Source: Octopus bimaculoides
Lineage: Eukaryota
DNA length: 64,000 nt
Assembly: GCF_001194135.2 (NCBI RefSeq)
Contig: NC_068991.1
Coordinates: forward strand, 154,494-218,493
Direction: 5' to 3'
In this document: piece after piece, positions 1 through 13,937 of the stretch
Layout of the letters: every line of letters starts with the position of its first letter
How positions within the stretch are numbered: position 1 is the first letter of the stretch
Position numbers and translations under genes: made by a program
Notes under the pieces: model-generated
What the model saw: the letters and a program-made list of their open reading frames with translations, nothing else
Told to the model about the DNA's origin: nothing
The model's database searches: none

Positions 1-10
1 TGTGACGCCG

Positions 11-210
11 GGCGCGGGCACGTACTTACAGCCCCGAGCACGTTCTTGCGGCCCCGGGCACGTACTTACGGCCCCGGGCACGTACTTACGGCCCCAGGTA
101 CGAACATACAGCCCCAGGCACTTAGGTGCGTCCCTAGGCACGTAGTTACTGCTCTGGGCACGTTTTTGAGGCACCAGACACCTTTTTGCAGCGCCAGGCA
201 TCTTCGATGT
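11..210. repeat. GC-rich 20-bp tandem array, 10 units, consensus GCCCCGGGCACGTACTTACG
   Basis: Units start at 11, 31, 51 ... 191. Units at 51 and 71 are identical and divergence rises toward 210. CpGs are intact, unlike most of the window. Confidence 0.9.
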
Positions 211-507
211 GAACGTTCTGACTCCTCTCCCCACCCCCGTTCGCGAGCGCACATTTTTTTCTTCATATTCGTTCCCAGCAAGTTGTTTTTATTTTTGTCA
301 CCGGGTCAAACGCTTTAGTGTGACCAACAAATTATACTTCACACTTCTCTATTTAATTGTGCGTGTATATTCCTTATTTTTGCTTCTGCCTTTCTATTAG
401 AAACGTTTACCTGGGAATTTAGTTAAAGTGAAAAAAAAAAATCGTATGCAACAGAGAAGTTGTCTTAACATATTTCTGTTTACGAGATCTTTAACTGTTA
501 TTTTTAG

Positions 508-635
508 AATAACGAGTTTTCTGGTGAGGGTTTCATTTGCCTTCAATCTACGGATGCGCAAAAGGAGTTAAATGAAACAAATATGGACGCGGACATTTGT
601 ATTCCTCTTCAGCGACATCAATCAGGTCTTTATAG
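508..635 (+). CDS. Candidate orphan internal exon (NNEFSGEGFICLQSTDAQKELNETNMDADICIPLQRHQSGLY), possibly the end of a C2 domain
   Basis: Acceptor ctttaactgttattttttag| and donor AG|gtaagg. Only one of three frames is open across the 128 nt. N-E-F-x-G-E-x-F-I-x-L resembles the last strands of C2 domains (BAIAP3/UNC13D-type NDFAGEAFL). No partner exon was identified with confidence. Confidence 0.3.
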
Positions 636-3600
636 GTAAGGTAAAATGAATACGATCTGTTGTCTCTAAAGTGTCCAAAATTTGATAAAATTGTCCATAG
701 AAAAAGAATTTTTTTTAATAATTCATTCTTAAGTTGTCCCCCCTCTCTCCCTCTATTGGTACAAAAGCTATAAAAATTCAGTATAACTATGCATACCTCA
801 CCCAGATATTACCATGCACTCCACATTCGGAATCATGGTGCCAAACCATTTTGGAAAAGTGCTAGCACACACAGTGTGATGGGCTTTTTACCATTTCCCA
901 AAAAATCAAGGCTTTTGTTGGCCCGGAGATTGCAATAAAAGACACTTACCATGCAGTGGAATTGAAGATGAAAACATATTTGGCAACTCAGTCATGCCTG
1001 CACCTTTGATAGGTTTCAACCAGTGTAGGGCCCAGTCTAACGTAATAGCACACCACCTGGTTTTAGTTTGTACATCTAAACAGCACAAATGTGTTACTAA
1101 ATTATTGTGTGGGATATATCTGTTTTTGCTTTTTAGGTGCAAACCATTTCAGCTGATAACCAGGTTCAACGAATGATGCTTTCATGCAGTCACTGGTTAA
1201 TTAACTTCTGTGGCCAACTAGCTGAAAGTTGGATTGAAGCATTCCTGCTTGGCATTCAAACTAGAATTCAAGAGACCAAGTTTGATGGCTGATCTCATTC
1301 TACACATTTTTCATAACATTCATTTAGATCTAAAACCAAACGAGACATGCAAATAAAATAACAAGTAAATGGTGTTTAAGAAGTCAGAATTTTATTGAGG
1401 TAAATCAAATATTTGGGGGTTTTATTTTAATGTTCTTGTTAGGGTTGGGGCGGGGGATTCTTCAGAAAAAAAATCCACACTATAAAACAATATTTACAAT
1501 TCTCATCAATTTGCTTATGAAGAGGTCCGCAGTGAATAAATTTCAAATCAGATTTTCAAAAATATGTTCCAGTAACTGAATTGGATGAAGAAAAGCTTTA
1601 AGCATTATTTGGGGGGGTTGGGGCATTCACAGAAGGGATTACTTATGCAGTTTTGCCTATACATACATTTACACAATTATATATACATCAGAAAACCTCA
1701 ATCATTCAATGATGTAGAAGAATTTTGACAGCAGTAAAGGATCTAAAAACAGACAAATTATGAAATATTTTCCTAGACTCTGAAATAAATGGTTGGCTGC
1801 TCCTCCCAGAAAACATTGAATCACACCTGATGAGATCCACAATAAATGTAGAGGTCCATATCTAAGCTTCAGCAATCCAAAGGAGCTACAGAGGTGTGTG
1901 CGACATCCTTGACCCATAGCAGCCACAAAAGCACCTACAAACTCCCCTATTTCGCTCTATAACAACTTGCTGAAGTTGGCTTTTCTACTCTTCCAGTCAC
2001 CAGTCGGTTCAAGCAGCCAAAAATCACAATAATATGTAATAATTTCATCTGCTTCAACTTCAGTTGCCAAGAAAGTTAAGATACAAGAAAAGAAAAGTAA
2101 TCAAAACTTAGAATAAAAACAGAAAGCATGTGAAGAGCATTTTAACAGGCACTTGGTTTCAAGAATTTATGGAAATGCTACAACATCTCTGGAAAGGTTA
2201 ATTTTTTTTTCCGTTTTTTTGTCACAATAGTAGAAAAGAGTAAATTATCAATTTTAGAGTATGGAATGTTTTAAATAAACAAAAAATTTTTTAAGTTACA
2301 TTTATATGAAATGGAATATATTTCAGTAATTATTAGCTACAATTAAAATATATTCTGAAAAACCCAAAATAGACTCCATATGTTTACAATGATGAAGGTG
2401 AGAAATTTGTAAGGGATTTCAATGTTATTAGATCAAACTTCAGAACTCGTACATATTTTACAAAACCCAGACAAATTAGAAAGTAACGTTGACTTGAGAA
2501 TATTGAGGAATGAAACAAAATACCATTAGGCATTTACTCCAAGACTCAGAATAACCATTGTAGTAATTGGAAGATTATTTCTGAGTCATGGGTGACTAAA
2601 CTGTTTTGTTTCATTCTGAGTTCAAATCCAGCCAGGGTCAATAAAACAATTATTAATCATGGAGTGAAAGTGGATTCACTCTGCTTTACAAATCTGCAGC
2701 CTTGTACCAATGGGGAAAAATAAATCATTATTCCTGCAGAAGATGACACCTCATCCAATGTTGGTAAAATATATACACTGGGGGTAAATTTAATTACAAA
2801 ATTTGTGTCTCTGAAAGGAATTCCCCATTATAAATTAGTGTGGCAGAAGTAAAACAGATTAAATGTTTGAGTGTTTAGTCTTGTGGTTCCAAATCCTAAT
2901 ACTGTCGTGTTTCATTAATCTTGAAAGCACGAAATACAAAATCTTAAACATACCAGAAGTCCCCAGTGATATTTTTCATAATTTTTCACTTATCCCTAGA
3001 AGTCTGCCACTAGGCAAACCCCTGATTCCATAGCTTATTCAGACACTTGTATACTGTGTCTCAAACAAAGGTTGAGAAAGCCAAATCTCTAGAATCAAGA
3101 TGGAATTTTTAAACATTCATGTCTCAATGTTGTCTGAGCAATGGAATCTCAGGACATTGTTGATGTTTTTATTGCAGAGTGGCATAAATCACCAGCTTTA
3201 AACACAAATTCCTTATCATATTACCAGGACTTGCCAAATTACCAAAAAAGGAAACCTTAAATATCTGAGAGCAATGCCCTTTAGAAAGAAGGCATCACAG
3301 ATTTGAAATGAGTTTGAGATCTCATCATCATCCTTTAACATCCATATTTCCTGCTGGCATGGGTTGGACAGTCTGATAGTATCCTTGATACTATCTCGAA
3401 TCGAACCAAGTTCAAATTGATTATAGTGCACTGAACAAAGTTTGGAGCAACTTTAAAAGAGTCAATACAGCTTGTTATTACTAGAAACAGCATGCAAGCC
3501 ACAACACTAACCAAAATTATTTCAAATAAGACAAAATCAGGAGATAAACAAATGAGGTTTCACTGAAGGCAAGAGACTCTCAAAAATGGTGATATAATAA

Positions 3601-5090
3601 GGGACAAAAGTTTATTTTAGTCTTGGCTGATTGTGTTTGAAGGTTTACAGTAAGTGTAGATGAGGATGAAAACCATCCAAAGATAGAGTCCCAGATAGAA
3701 AAGGTGGGGGAAAGGGTGGAGGGAGAAGAGATTGTCATCTGAAATGTTGATGCATTTTGTTATAGCTTTAAACAAAAAAAAAAAATGAAATAGAAATTAA
3801 AACTGATTTAAAGTCACCAAATATTAGGATGAACTTTCTTCTGAGAGGGAGGGAGATTTTGATGGAACTAATGAAGAGATTTTCTGAACAGTTTTTATGA
3901 GAAATTCTGAGAATGAAAAATTTTAAAAGTGAGGGAGATGAAGTAATGAGATTGGCAAAAAGTCTAAAGTTTATCAGAGAAATGAAAGCGAGTCAAAAGA
4001 AGATGAGGTTTTGAAATTAGCTTGCTTGGGATTCTGTAATTTACTCTTAGTCTAAAGTACCGTTAAACTGTAATTATAGNNNNNNNNNNNNNNNNNNNNN
4101 NNNNNNNNNNNNNNNNNNNNNNNNNNNNNNNNNNNNNNNNNNNNNNNNNNNNNNNNNNNNNNNNNNNNNNNNNNNNNNNNNNNNNNNNNNNNNNNNNNNN
4201 NNNNNNNNNNNNNNNNNNNNNNNNNNNNNNNNNNNNNNNNNNNNNNNNNNNNNNNNNNNNNNNNNNNNNNNNNNNNNNNNNNNNNNNNNNNNNNNNNNNN
4301 NNNNNNNNNNNNNNNNNNNNNNNNNNNNNNNNNAAAAAAAAAAAAAAAAAAAAAAAAGTTGCTAATTTTGGCAGAAGGTGAGCTATTTTGTAGAGAGGAA
4401 GTTAATTAAATGGCACCAATACTGCTTCTTGCCTGTCTTACACTCTTTTGGGGTTGATGAAATAAAGTACCAAAGTTGACCCTGGCAGGATTTGAACCAA
4501 TAACATAAAGAGCCATTAGAAAATAGTGCAAGGTTCAATCTCTCATGCAGACAATCATACTACTTAGAATGGTTGGACGTTAAGCGAGACATGTGAACAG
4601 TCCAAAAATCTGCCCTTGAAACAGGAAGACCACATGCTAAGGCTTGCAGTATTTTTATATCCGTACTGTGCAATATAGTAGTAACAGTAGTAGTAATAGT
4701 TGTAATTTCTTCCACAGGTGTAAGGCGAGAAATTTACAGGTGTGGATTGTAGTTAATGGAATTGAACTCAGTATATTATTGGTACTTATTGCCTCTCAGA
4801 GACAGAAAATGTCAAATAAACGAGCAAGAATTGAAATTAGAATAGCGGGATGAACCTGTTTGCCACTCTACCACACTAACAACAACAACAATGCTTTCTG
4901 ACAGACACAAACCCTGAAGCTTATGGAGGGGAGGATTTGGTGACAATGATGCCTTACTTAAAAGACAGTCATGTGAATTGATGAAGTGATGTCTACTCTA
5001 CAACACCCATCACCAGAAGCTGAACAATTAACTAAAACATAGACCAGAAGATGGCGCTGACAACAGTGAAAAGAGATTTCATGGCTTTGG

Positions 5091-5144
5091 TCAGTGCAGG
5101 AATCGGATACTCATCTTCTGTTCAACATCAACTAATTCCATCAC
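5091..5144 (-). CDS. CHP1: CHP1 terminal coding exon (VMELVDVEQKMSIRFLH*)
   Basis: cttccacag| acceptor; TGA at 5093-5091. Confidence 0.96.
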   Translation of the reverse strand: MMELVDVEQKMSIRFLH

Positions 5145-8100
5145 CTGTGGAAGAAAGAGGAAAAAAGAAATAAATAATCTGGAGAGTAAGGATAGGGAAG
5201 GGGAACAGATAAACATGAGAGGGATGATAGTGGAGGGGGGATGTATGTACACACACACACACACACACACATACAAATCTTGTCCTGAAAATAATACAAA
5301 AATGGTTATAACTTTTTTATTCACTGACCACAGGTCATTCAACTTGCACACATTGGTAGAGAGTGACTCATCTTCTTATCATTCTTTATTGAAGGCAGAT
5401 GAGGGTTCCAAGCAGAGGCAATGTTCTCAAAGGAGCACATGCTGTCCAACATCCAGGGAAGGCTGTAGAGATGACACCATTGACAAGAGTAATATGCATC
5501 AATGGATAAAAAGTTTAAAGAAGAAGAAAGCAGAATTGANNNNNNNNNNNNNNNNNNNNNNNNNNNNNNNNNNNNNNNNNNNNNNNNNNNNNNNNNNNNN
5601 NNNNNNNNNNNNNNNNNNNNNNNNNNNNNNNNNNNNNNNNNNNNNNNNNNNNNNNNNNNNNNNNNNNNNNNNNNNNNNNNNNNNNNNNNNNNNNNNNNNN
5701 NNNNNNNNNNNNNNNNNNNNNNNNNNNNNNNNNNNNNNNNNNNNNNNNNNNNNNNNNNNNACATTACAGAAGATGATGGAAGACTTTTGGGTAGCAGAGA
5801 GTGTACGTGTGTAAAGTGGGTACCTTGACAGTTGACTCTTGATTTGAAGGAGAGAAGAGTGGGAGTCTGCTCTAATCTGCAGGAAGCATCTGAAGACTTT
5901 TTTTCTTCTGATTTGGCGACAGGGGATGAAACATGGGTGTATCTTTATGATCCAGAAATGGTGGATCGGTCCATGGAATGGCATAAAAACCTCCATGGTG
6001 ACAGTGGTACCATGTTTCATTTGCTTGAACACAACTGTACTGTGAACAGTGAATGATACATTGAGAACAGAAATAGCTTAAAGGATCTACATTCACCATG
6101 ACAATGTGTTACCATACATATCATTGGCAAGAGATCAGAAGATCAACAAACTGGGTTGGTCACTGGTCTCCCCATCTACTGTAGTACAGGCTGGATCTGG
6201 TGCCCCCCCCCCAACTTTCACATGTTTAGTCCAATGAAGGACACTCTTTGGGAGACCAAAATGAAGAACTGTACATCCCAATCACAGACACCTGGTTTGC
6301 AACAATGTCATGATCAGCCTCATACATAATAAACAATAATGGAACTTACGGTTTGAAATTCTGAAAAAGAGATGTGTCTATCTCCATCAGTGTCAGCCTC
6401 AGCAATTGTTCTGTCAGCAATACTTTCCAGCTACAAGAAGAAGAAGAAAGAAACATCATCATCATCATCACTGTACCTGTCTTCATTGAAGATATGTCTT
6501 TTCCTACACAACAATTTAAACCATACTCCTAGGCTTTCATCCCACTCGTTTACAGCAGTTTTTGCCCTTGCCATGGTTTCATTAAACTTGGGGGGGTTTT
6601 TTGCATTACTTTTTCTTTTTTCTGGTATTTTATCTTTACATTTGAGAAATAATCAATCCAAAGTAATTTAGAAGAATGGAGACACCTCATTATATTATCA
6701 TTGCACAATAGCAAGGCCAAGTGTCTTCTACACTGTAGGTCAAACAAAAATTGAGCTAGACATCAATGTTTGAATTTGGAGTTACTGCTACAAATCATTA
6801 ACATACAATCAGAAGTAACTGCAACTACAATCTTCACAACTGCCCTGTTGTGATCTGGTAAGGGATAGAACCTATGACCTGTAGGCCCACAGGCTGAAAC
6901 AGTTTGAGAATTATGTAAATCTTACCTGATCTTCTGAAATGTTAGTTCCTACCATCATATGCAACACTGCCAAAAGTTCTTCTCGGGAAATCTTGCTGTC
7001 ACCATCCAAATCATACATTTTGAATGCAACTGAAAGAGAAATGATACATAAAATATTTTCTGTCATTTTTGGAGACAAAATAATGGCTACAGAAAATCAA
7101 AGTGACAATAGCTGGCCATCTAACAAGTTCTTCTATGTCACACACTACATGACAGCAGCCTGAACACTGCAGCATATCAATCAAGACACTACAACATGTC
7201 ACCATACAATTATAGACGAGACGCAACACTGCAGCACACACTGTAGCTGAGACACTGTACAAACACTAGCACATACCTACGTAATGCTCACAACACTATA
7301 TCACATACCACACTACTATGTGTCGTAGAGGTGCAATGTCCCAGTGATTAGGGCAGCGGACTTGCAGTTTCGATTCCCAGACCGGTCGCTGTGAGTGTTT
7401 ACTGAGCGAAAACATCTAAAGTTCCATGAGGCTCCAGCAGGGGCTAGTGGCAAACCCTGTTGTACTCTTTCACCACAACTTTCTCTCACTCTTTCTTCCT
7501 GTTTCTGTTGTGCCTGTATTTCAAAGGGGCCAGCCTTGTCACACTGAATCTCAGCCACTTGCACATTCATTTCATGAGAGCAGGCTGTTCCGTTGATCAG
7601 ATCAACTGGAACCCTCGTCGTCGTAACCGACAGAGTGCCACAACTATATATCAATCACAACATTACCATGTAAACAAAAGTCCTCAAGCAATAGGTTATA
7701 TTTCCATCAGGTGAACTCAATCCCAGTTCACTATTAACACACATGCTACATTAGTATTCTTAGCTGAAATCAATTTATAGAAAAGAATGAAGCAAACAAT
7801 AAACCCAGGATGACTAAAAGCTTCTTTCAGAGTCAAGGGAGCACACCATATGTTCATTATCTCCATGTTATAACACAGGCACAAAAAAACTCACATCTTA
7901 ACTTTTCTTCCCTGGAGTTGAGTTTGTTTCTCTCCAGTTTTGTCTTTGTTGGCCGGAATCGGGCCAAAACACGCATAAACTGTCGAAAGTTCACCGTCTC
8001 TTCATTACTACAAACAGAAAGATAGTAAGTATATTAGATCACATGGATTTAGGTTATTAGACTACGGCCAAACTGGGGCACAAACAATAATGGTTTTTTA

Positions 8101-11100
8101 ATCAGTACATTTTTTTCAATTCAGAACTTACTTTAGAAAACTTTTAAGTTACTCTTGGACAAAAAAACAAAATCCAATTTTAGACAAGTATACACTAGTA
8201 GGTCACACACACACAAAGAAATATTTACAGCTAGAAAATTTGAAGAAATTTCAGACGCAGAAGCAAAACCTGGAATCAAAGAGCCTTACAGAAAACTTAG
8301 GAAAGACTAAAGTATTTGTAAGACAAGACCTTGCTACCACTATGGGAATGGTCTTGTTTCATCAGTAGAAAAGGAGTCAGAGGTACTGTGGCAGCAAAAA
8401 CAGGCTAAAAGAGAATCTCCATAAGCAGTAAGTAGACAAGAAGAGAATTCATGGCTTCTCAAGAAGTTGACCTGGTTTGCAGGGAGGNNNNNNNNNNGGG
8501 GGGGGGGTCCACAAATATAGTTTTTCTGAGTTAAAACAAATTGGAAAAAAGAAATTGTCATTACGTTTGCTTTAAACAAAGGGTTTGTTCCTCAGAGCAA
8601 AAGGCAAATCTTATGACATGTACAAAGTGTGATACTGCATGGTAGTGAAATGTGGACCTTGAAAGTGAAGAATTTGCAAAGAGAAGTGAATGTGGTTGAT
8701 GTGAATGAATGATGGAGCAGAGACGAACAGAGAGATAAATGAGACAGAAGAGGAATTTGATTAATGTACAAAAAAAGAGAAAGCTGTACCTGTGAGGATG
8801 TGGTGTGTATGGCTGATGACAGGGGTCTATAAAAAAAGGACCATACACTCAAAATGGATGGAACCAGAGAAAGAAGCTTTACAGTAATTCTGTTCTGTTC
8901 TCAGTAATGAATCAGCCCATATAATAAGCTCACTTTCACACACACACACATAATTATATACATGTGCAGGTATTTATATGAATGTCTTCACTTCGAATCC
9001 AACCCATGCCTGTAGACCGATGTGCTTACCTTTCCTGAAAGAACGAGTGTACAATCCTGTCTCCAAGTGGGTTTATGGCAAGTTCAGGAATCCGAAGAAA
9101 ATCTTCACGGCTGAAGAATAAAAGACAAAAATAAAAAATGATAATGGTAACAACAACAACAAGACAACAATCATAATTCCGTATGTAACCATGACAACTA
9201 TATGTCTAAGAAGCCTGATTCTGTATATGGCTTAGGTTGGGGAGGACAACCAGTGATTTACAGTCAAGAATGCTGAAAGAGAATCAGCCATGTTTGCAAG
9301 CAGAGCAAAATGGATGTTAAAAATGGTGCTTGTGTTGATGACTGGAATATAGAAGAGAAACTCTTTCATCTACCACATCCCCGACTCCTCGTTGAGCAGA
9401 AACTACATATTTTCCAATGGGGTCATGCTACTCTTGTTTCCTTCAAGAGCAGTAACACAAATCAGACACTATCACTTAAACACTATACAACTAGAACCAT
9501 CAATGTCCACAATGACTGGGCCTCGTTTTACAGAGTTTTCCCTCCAGGTGAACGTAAATCTTCAACATAGCAAATATGGTTTCACAATGACTGATTTTCT
9601 TCCTCAGAAACCAGAAAATAGTAATTCTCTACAAACCTCAGACCCACCAACACTGAGACAGGCTCCCAGAAGAAAGCCTACCAAACATGGTAACGGAGCT
9701 ACTTACCTGCACACAGCAACATTCCAACCTATACTTTTTCCCCACTGCTGTTACCGTGATCTCTGCTTCTTGAAGCTCACCATTCTTTGATCAACCTCAA
9801 ACACCCTCAACTCACCTCCTACTCATCCAACAACCCATCACAACTAAGGATCCAATACTTTTAGTCCTCCTCCCAAATTTCATGTTTTTCCTGCAGCCAT
9901 CAAACTTTTCAACTTTTTAAGAGAAAATTTAACCAACATCAATTAAAGGGATTTCAGTGGACTTTTAAAGGCTATACATGCAGAGTCCCTTCAATCAGAA
10001 AAGACCAATTGAAAAAAATAATAAAAATAACCATTTATTCTGTCTTGATTCAACCTACTAACTCAAATTAACATCCCCAAAAAAATGGCCTGTTGTTTAT
10101 TTATCACTCACACATGCATTTATTAAATGTGCCAAGCTCACTGATTGAAAGAAATTGTTCTGCAGAGAAGTCAGGAATAATACTTACCAAAGAACACCAT
10201 TGTTGTTTTTGTCAAGGTTGGTAAATCTGCTGTATAACCTTGAGATCTGATTGGCTGAAACTGGAATAGATAGAAGCATGTGACATCATCGGTGATGGAA
10301 ATAGGTAGTGGGGCAGAATATGGCTGCACAGGTTGACCAACGGCTAATTATGGTCATTATACACATTTTAACTGTAATATCATCAAATATGTCCACAACT
10401 ACCAGCACTGACCACCCAGCAACTGCAGTATTGTCCAACCAATTCTGATATTGATCTACAATTCGCACACTCAGGCAAGATTTGGTGTTTTGTAGGGATT
10501 AACGCATAAGTTCAAAGATTTGTGCTTCATCTTTTTTCCCTTTTTTCACAGTGTTTTCGTAGTTTTGTGTGCACAGCCTCTGTCTTTGTGAGGAGTCAGA
10601 ACCCTGGGAAGAGGATGACATCAGCTCAGCTGAATGCTTCTCAGGATGTGTTTCATTTCAACAGTAGTCGGGACAATCATTACGCAGAGACACAGCAATC
10701 ACTTTTGAGTTAAAATACTGTTAGGCGGTTATTCAGTCAGCATATATAGATGTCACTGTTCAGGGTGGTAATGCCACCCTGAAGACAGAGCTGACTCAAA
10801 TACAGGGGCCAGTTTTAGAATTTTCAATATGCCATACATTTTAAACTTATGAAAATAGCTCGCTCAAAACACCAAAATCAGATGCAAACTTGTCTGGACA
10901 CCTAACCTTGGTCAAAACAATGAACTCTTCTTTTAGCAGAAAGTATGAACTGAAATTTCATAGATTTTGCTTGTTTATGCATTTCTCTTTTGAAATGTGT
11001 CTATTCTCTAACTGACAAAATTCCAAAGACCAACCTGAACACACATACATACACACAATAATATAGCAACAAACAAATCTAATTACTAGAATCAGCTAGG

Positions 11101-13904
11101 GGATAATTAAGTATTAATAATTGATACAGTAATCAAAGATTGTGATTTTGTAGACCCTAAGCTACAAGAAGTTTGTCATGCACAACCAAAAAAATTGTTT
11201 TAATATCCAGCCCTGCAAAGAATGTTACATTTGTTAACTAGAAATAAATGGGAGAGGGAGCGAGAGAGAAAGTAATAAAGAAATAAGTCAGGGTTTAATA
11301 CAAGTAGTAACAAAGCTAACTAGAAATACATGGGGAGACAAAAAAAGTTTATGCCAAATAAATTTATAAATGGAGCCTTAAAAAAGATAATTTGGGAAAA
11401 TAATGTGATGAGGTAAAAAAAGACAATACATTAATCAATTACTAATGTTTTTATTTTTAGCAAGTATAGGAGTCAACTCCAGACAAGTTCTGGTCTTATT
11501 CTGATCTTATCAGTCAAACACTTGCTCGTATCACTAAATATTATTGATACAGTCAAAAATATATAACATACTATATTGTACAGTGGTTGACAAAGGAAAA
11601 TAGGTTTAGAAATTAAATAATTCACACATGTTCCCTACATAATAGAACAACAGTTGAGCCTTGATCCCAGATTGTATATTGTGTGATGTAGTGAGGACAT
11701 ATGTGTAAGCAAGGACATGTAGTGGTGGTCAGTTTAGGAATATTTACCTTTCAGTCATGTTGAAATGTGGTGGAGGTGGGTAAGGAAGGGGAGATTAGGT
11801 TTTAAATTTTATTTTATAGTTTTATATTTCTGTTTAAACCTTAATTCAGAATGGTGGAGCGGCAGTCAAACTAACAGTGAATTGGTAGAGTGACAAAAGT
11901 TTTGTCAATGTTTAGTTTTGGTATCTTTATGTTCTGAATTCAAATCCCAGTGGGATTGAAAAAGTACCAGTCAAATACTGGGGTTAATATAGACACCCTC
12001 CTCCCTTTAAATTTGTGGGATTGTTAGAAATCAATGTTGATCTTTTAATCTACAAAGGAAAAGATTAATGCCAGCTGCTCCAGCTTGGTCTGAATGAGAA
12101 GGATGAAAACTAGACAAGCATACACAAGTCAATGTGAATTTAATTGTATTCTAAGGTGGAAGTAGTAATTAAAAGTGACTAAATTAATGACTAATTAATA
12201 CAATGAAACAAACAATAGAGAGATTCTTATGAATAACGAAATACGTCACTATACTGAGAGAAGGTCAACAATAAAGAGTGGGAAATCTTTAGAAATTCTA
12301 AAATAACAAACAGCTTAACATTTCAAACAGGTCTTGATATTTATTGGTGGAAATCTAATCTTCTGAATAAACATTTCCTCAGAGACACAATAAACTGAAT
12401 TGGAATTGGATTTTCCCATAGAAAATATCACCAATCTCAATATTCACATCACAATCACCACATTGCACTCCTATAAAAAGGAGGCCAACGCACATGCACA
12501 AGTCACGTGGCTTGGATTAAACTTGAACAACAAGTTTAAAAGACCTTCAATCATTAACCCTTTTATTCAAAATAAATGGGGTGAGTAAATTTCCATATGG
12601 TGTAGGAGTTCTTTGAATGTCAGTCACAAGGTTCAATGTCATGCAAATAGAAAAGAATGTTTGTTTTTTCCCTAAATAAAACAAAAGAAAGGAATTTGTT
12701 TCATTATTTCACTGTTCAGGGTCAAATGAAATAGCAGGTGTTATTAGAGAAGAGCTAATTTGGAGCATGTTTTTTCTAACCATGTGTTTGCTCAAATTAT
12801 TTAAAATGAGGGCACGATGATTCCACCTTGCAATCAGTAGACATAAAGATGGGATAGAGTAATACTGAAGAGACAATCTGTAAGCAGAGTTTTGCAATAC
12901 GCAAGAAAGTCCGAGGGGAAAGGTCAAATGTGTAAATAGATTTTCAAAATCAATTAGAATCCACATCATCTTTATCTTTCTGTTGCCAACAAAATTATAT
13001 CCCTGAACACCTAAAATAATAGGACATGTCAAGTAAAAATAAAATTAGGCTTCATAATCTACTTTTAGAAAATTTGGGAGAAAAACGCCACCAATATTGT
13101 CTTCAAACCGATTTTGAAGATTTGCAGCTGGATTAATTCTTTCAACATGTCCCAGAGAGAGAGAGAGAGAAGATATCTCAGTATCAGGTTGTTTGTTTCT
13201 TGGGGTGAGAGTGAGTAATATGAAGGTAGAAGCAGACTGTCTCTGATGATACTGATGGAATGGAGAAATAATAGTTGTAATTTAAAGGCTATCATCCATA
13301 ATCTGTGACTAAATCATTGGCACAACAAACATGGCTGTTGTTGTGAAGAATTTCGCTGTTCATTCTGCTGTTCATTGAGCAAGTCTCTTCCTTCTTAAGG
13401 CTAACTTATGAATGGAAATTGTGTGGAAACTTATAATGTGTGTGTGTGTGTGTGTGTACACCTACATATATGTATCATCATCATCCTTTAACGTCTGTTT
13501 TCCATGCTGGCATGGGTTAGACAGTTTGACCAGAGTTGGCAAGACAGAAAACTATACCAGATTCCAGTCTGATTTGGCTTGGTTTCTACAGCTGGATGCC
13601 CTTTCTGATGTCAACCTCTTTACAGTGTGTGCCGGGTGCTTTTAATGTGGTACTGGCACAACTGCTTGTATGTGAGACAATGGTACAAGTGCTTTTTATA
13701 TGGCACCAGCATCAGTGCTTTTTACGTGGTCCTGGCACAGGACTCTTGCAGGCCAATCCTCTTCACCAGGGGATGCAACCTTAACACTTCTGCTGCTGTG
13801 GAGGATGAATCTTCTAGAGAGTGTATATATATATATATAGTACAGAAACAATTGTAACTAATCATTAAAGATGTGTTAAAGTATACATTTATCTTATTAT
13901 TTGG

Positions 13905-13937
<33 letters not shown>

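Noticed and set aside
11-210. CRISPR-like regular periodicity
   Set aside because: Contiguous 20-bp tandem units with no unique spacers, in a eukaryotic context with no cas genes.
790-1142. Minus-strand candidate exons with good donors (gtaagt at 949, gtgagg near 800)
   Set aside because: The peptides (DVQTKTRWCAITLDW..., HFSKMVWHHDSEC...) match nothing I recognise and cannot be chained into a gene.
1702-2200. Near-open reading frames on both strands (e.g. minus ...EADEIITYYCDFWLLEPTGDW...*SEIGEFVGAFVAAMGQG...; plus ASAIQRSYRG, IQ-like)
   Set aside because: In-frame stops, no consistent splice-site pair, and no recognisable family. May be CHP1 3' UTR or intergenic DNA.
3560-4020. Possible CR1/L2-type LINE remnant (ILIFGDF; AFSETSFV); a similar trace at about 9430-9720
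   Set aside because: Too degraded to support by eye; needs a profile search.
7328-7400. tRNA-like A/B boxes here and at 29308 and 44500-44575
   Set aside because: These are SINE heads continuing into repeat bodies, with no complete cloverleaf; not tRNA genes.
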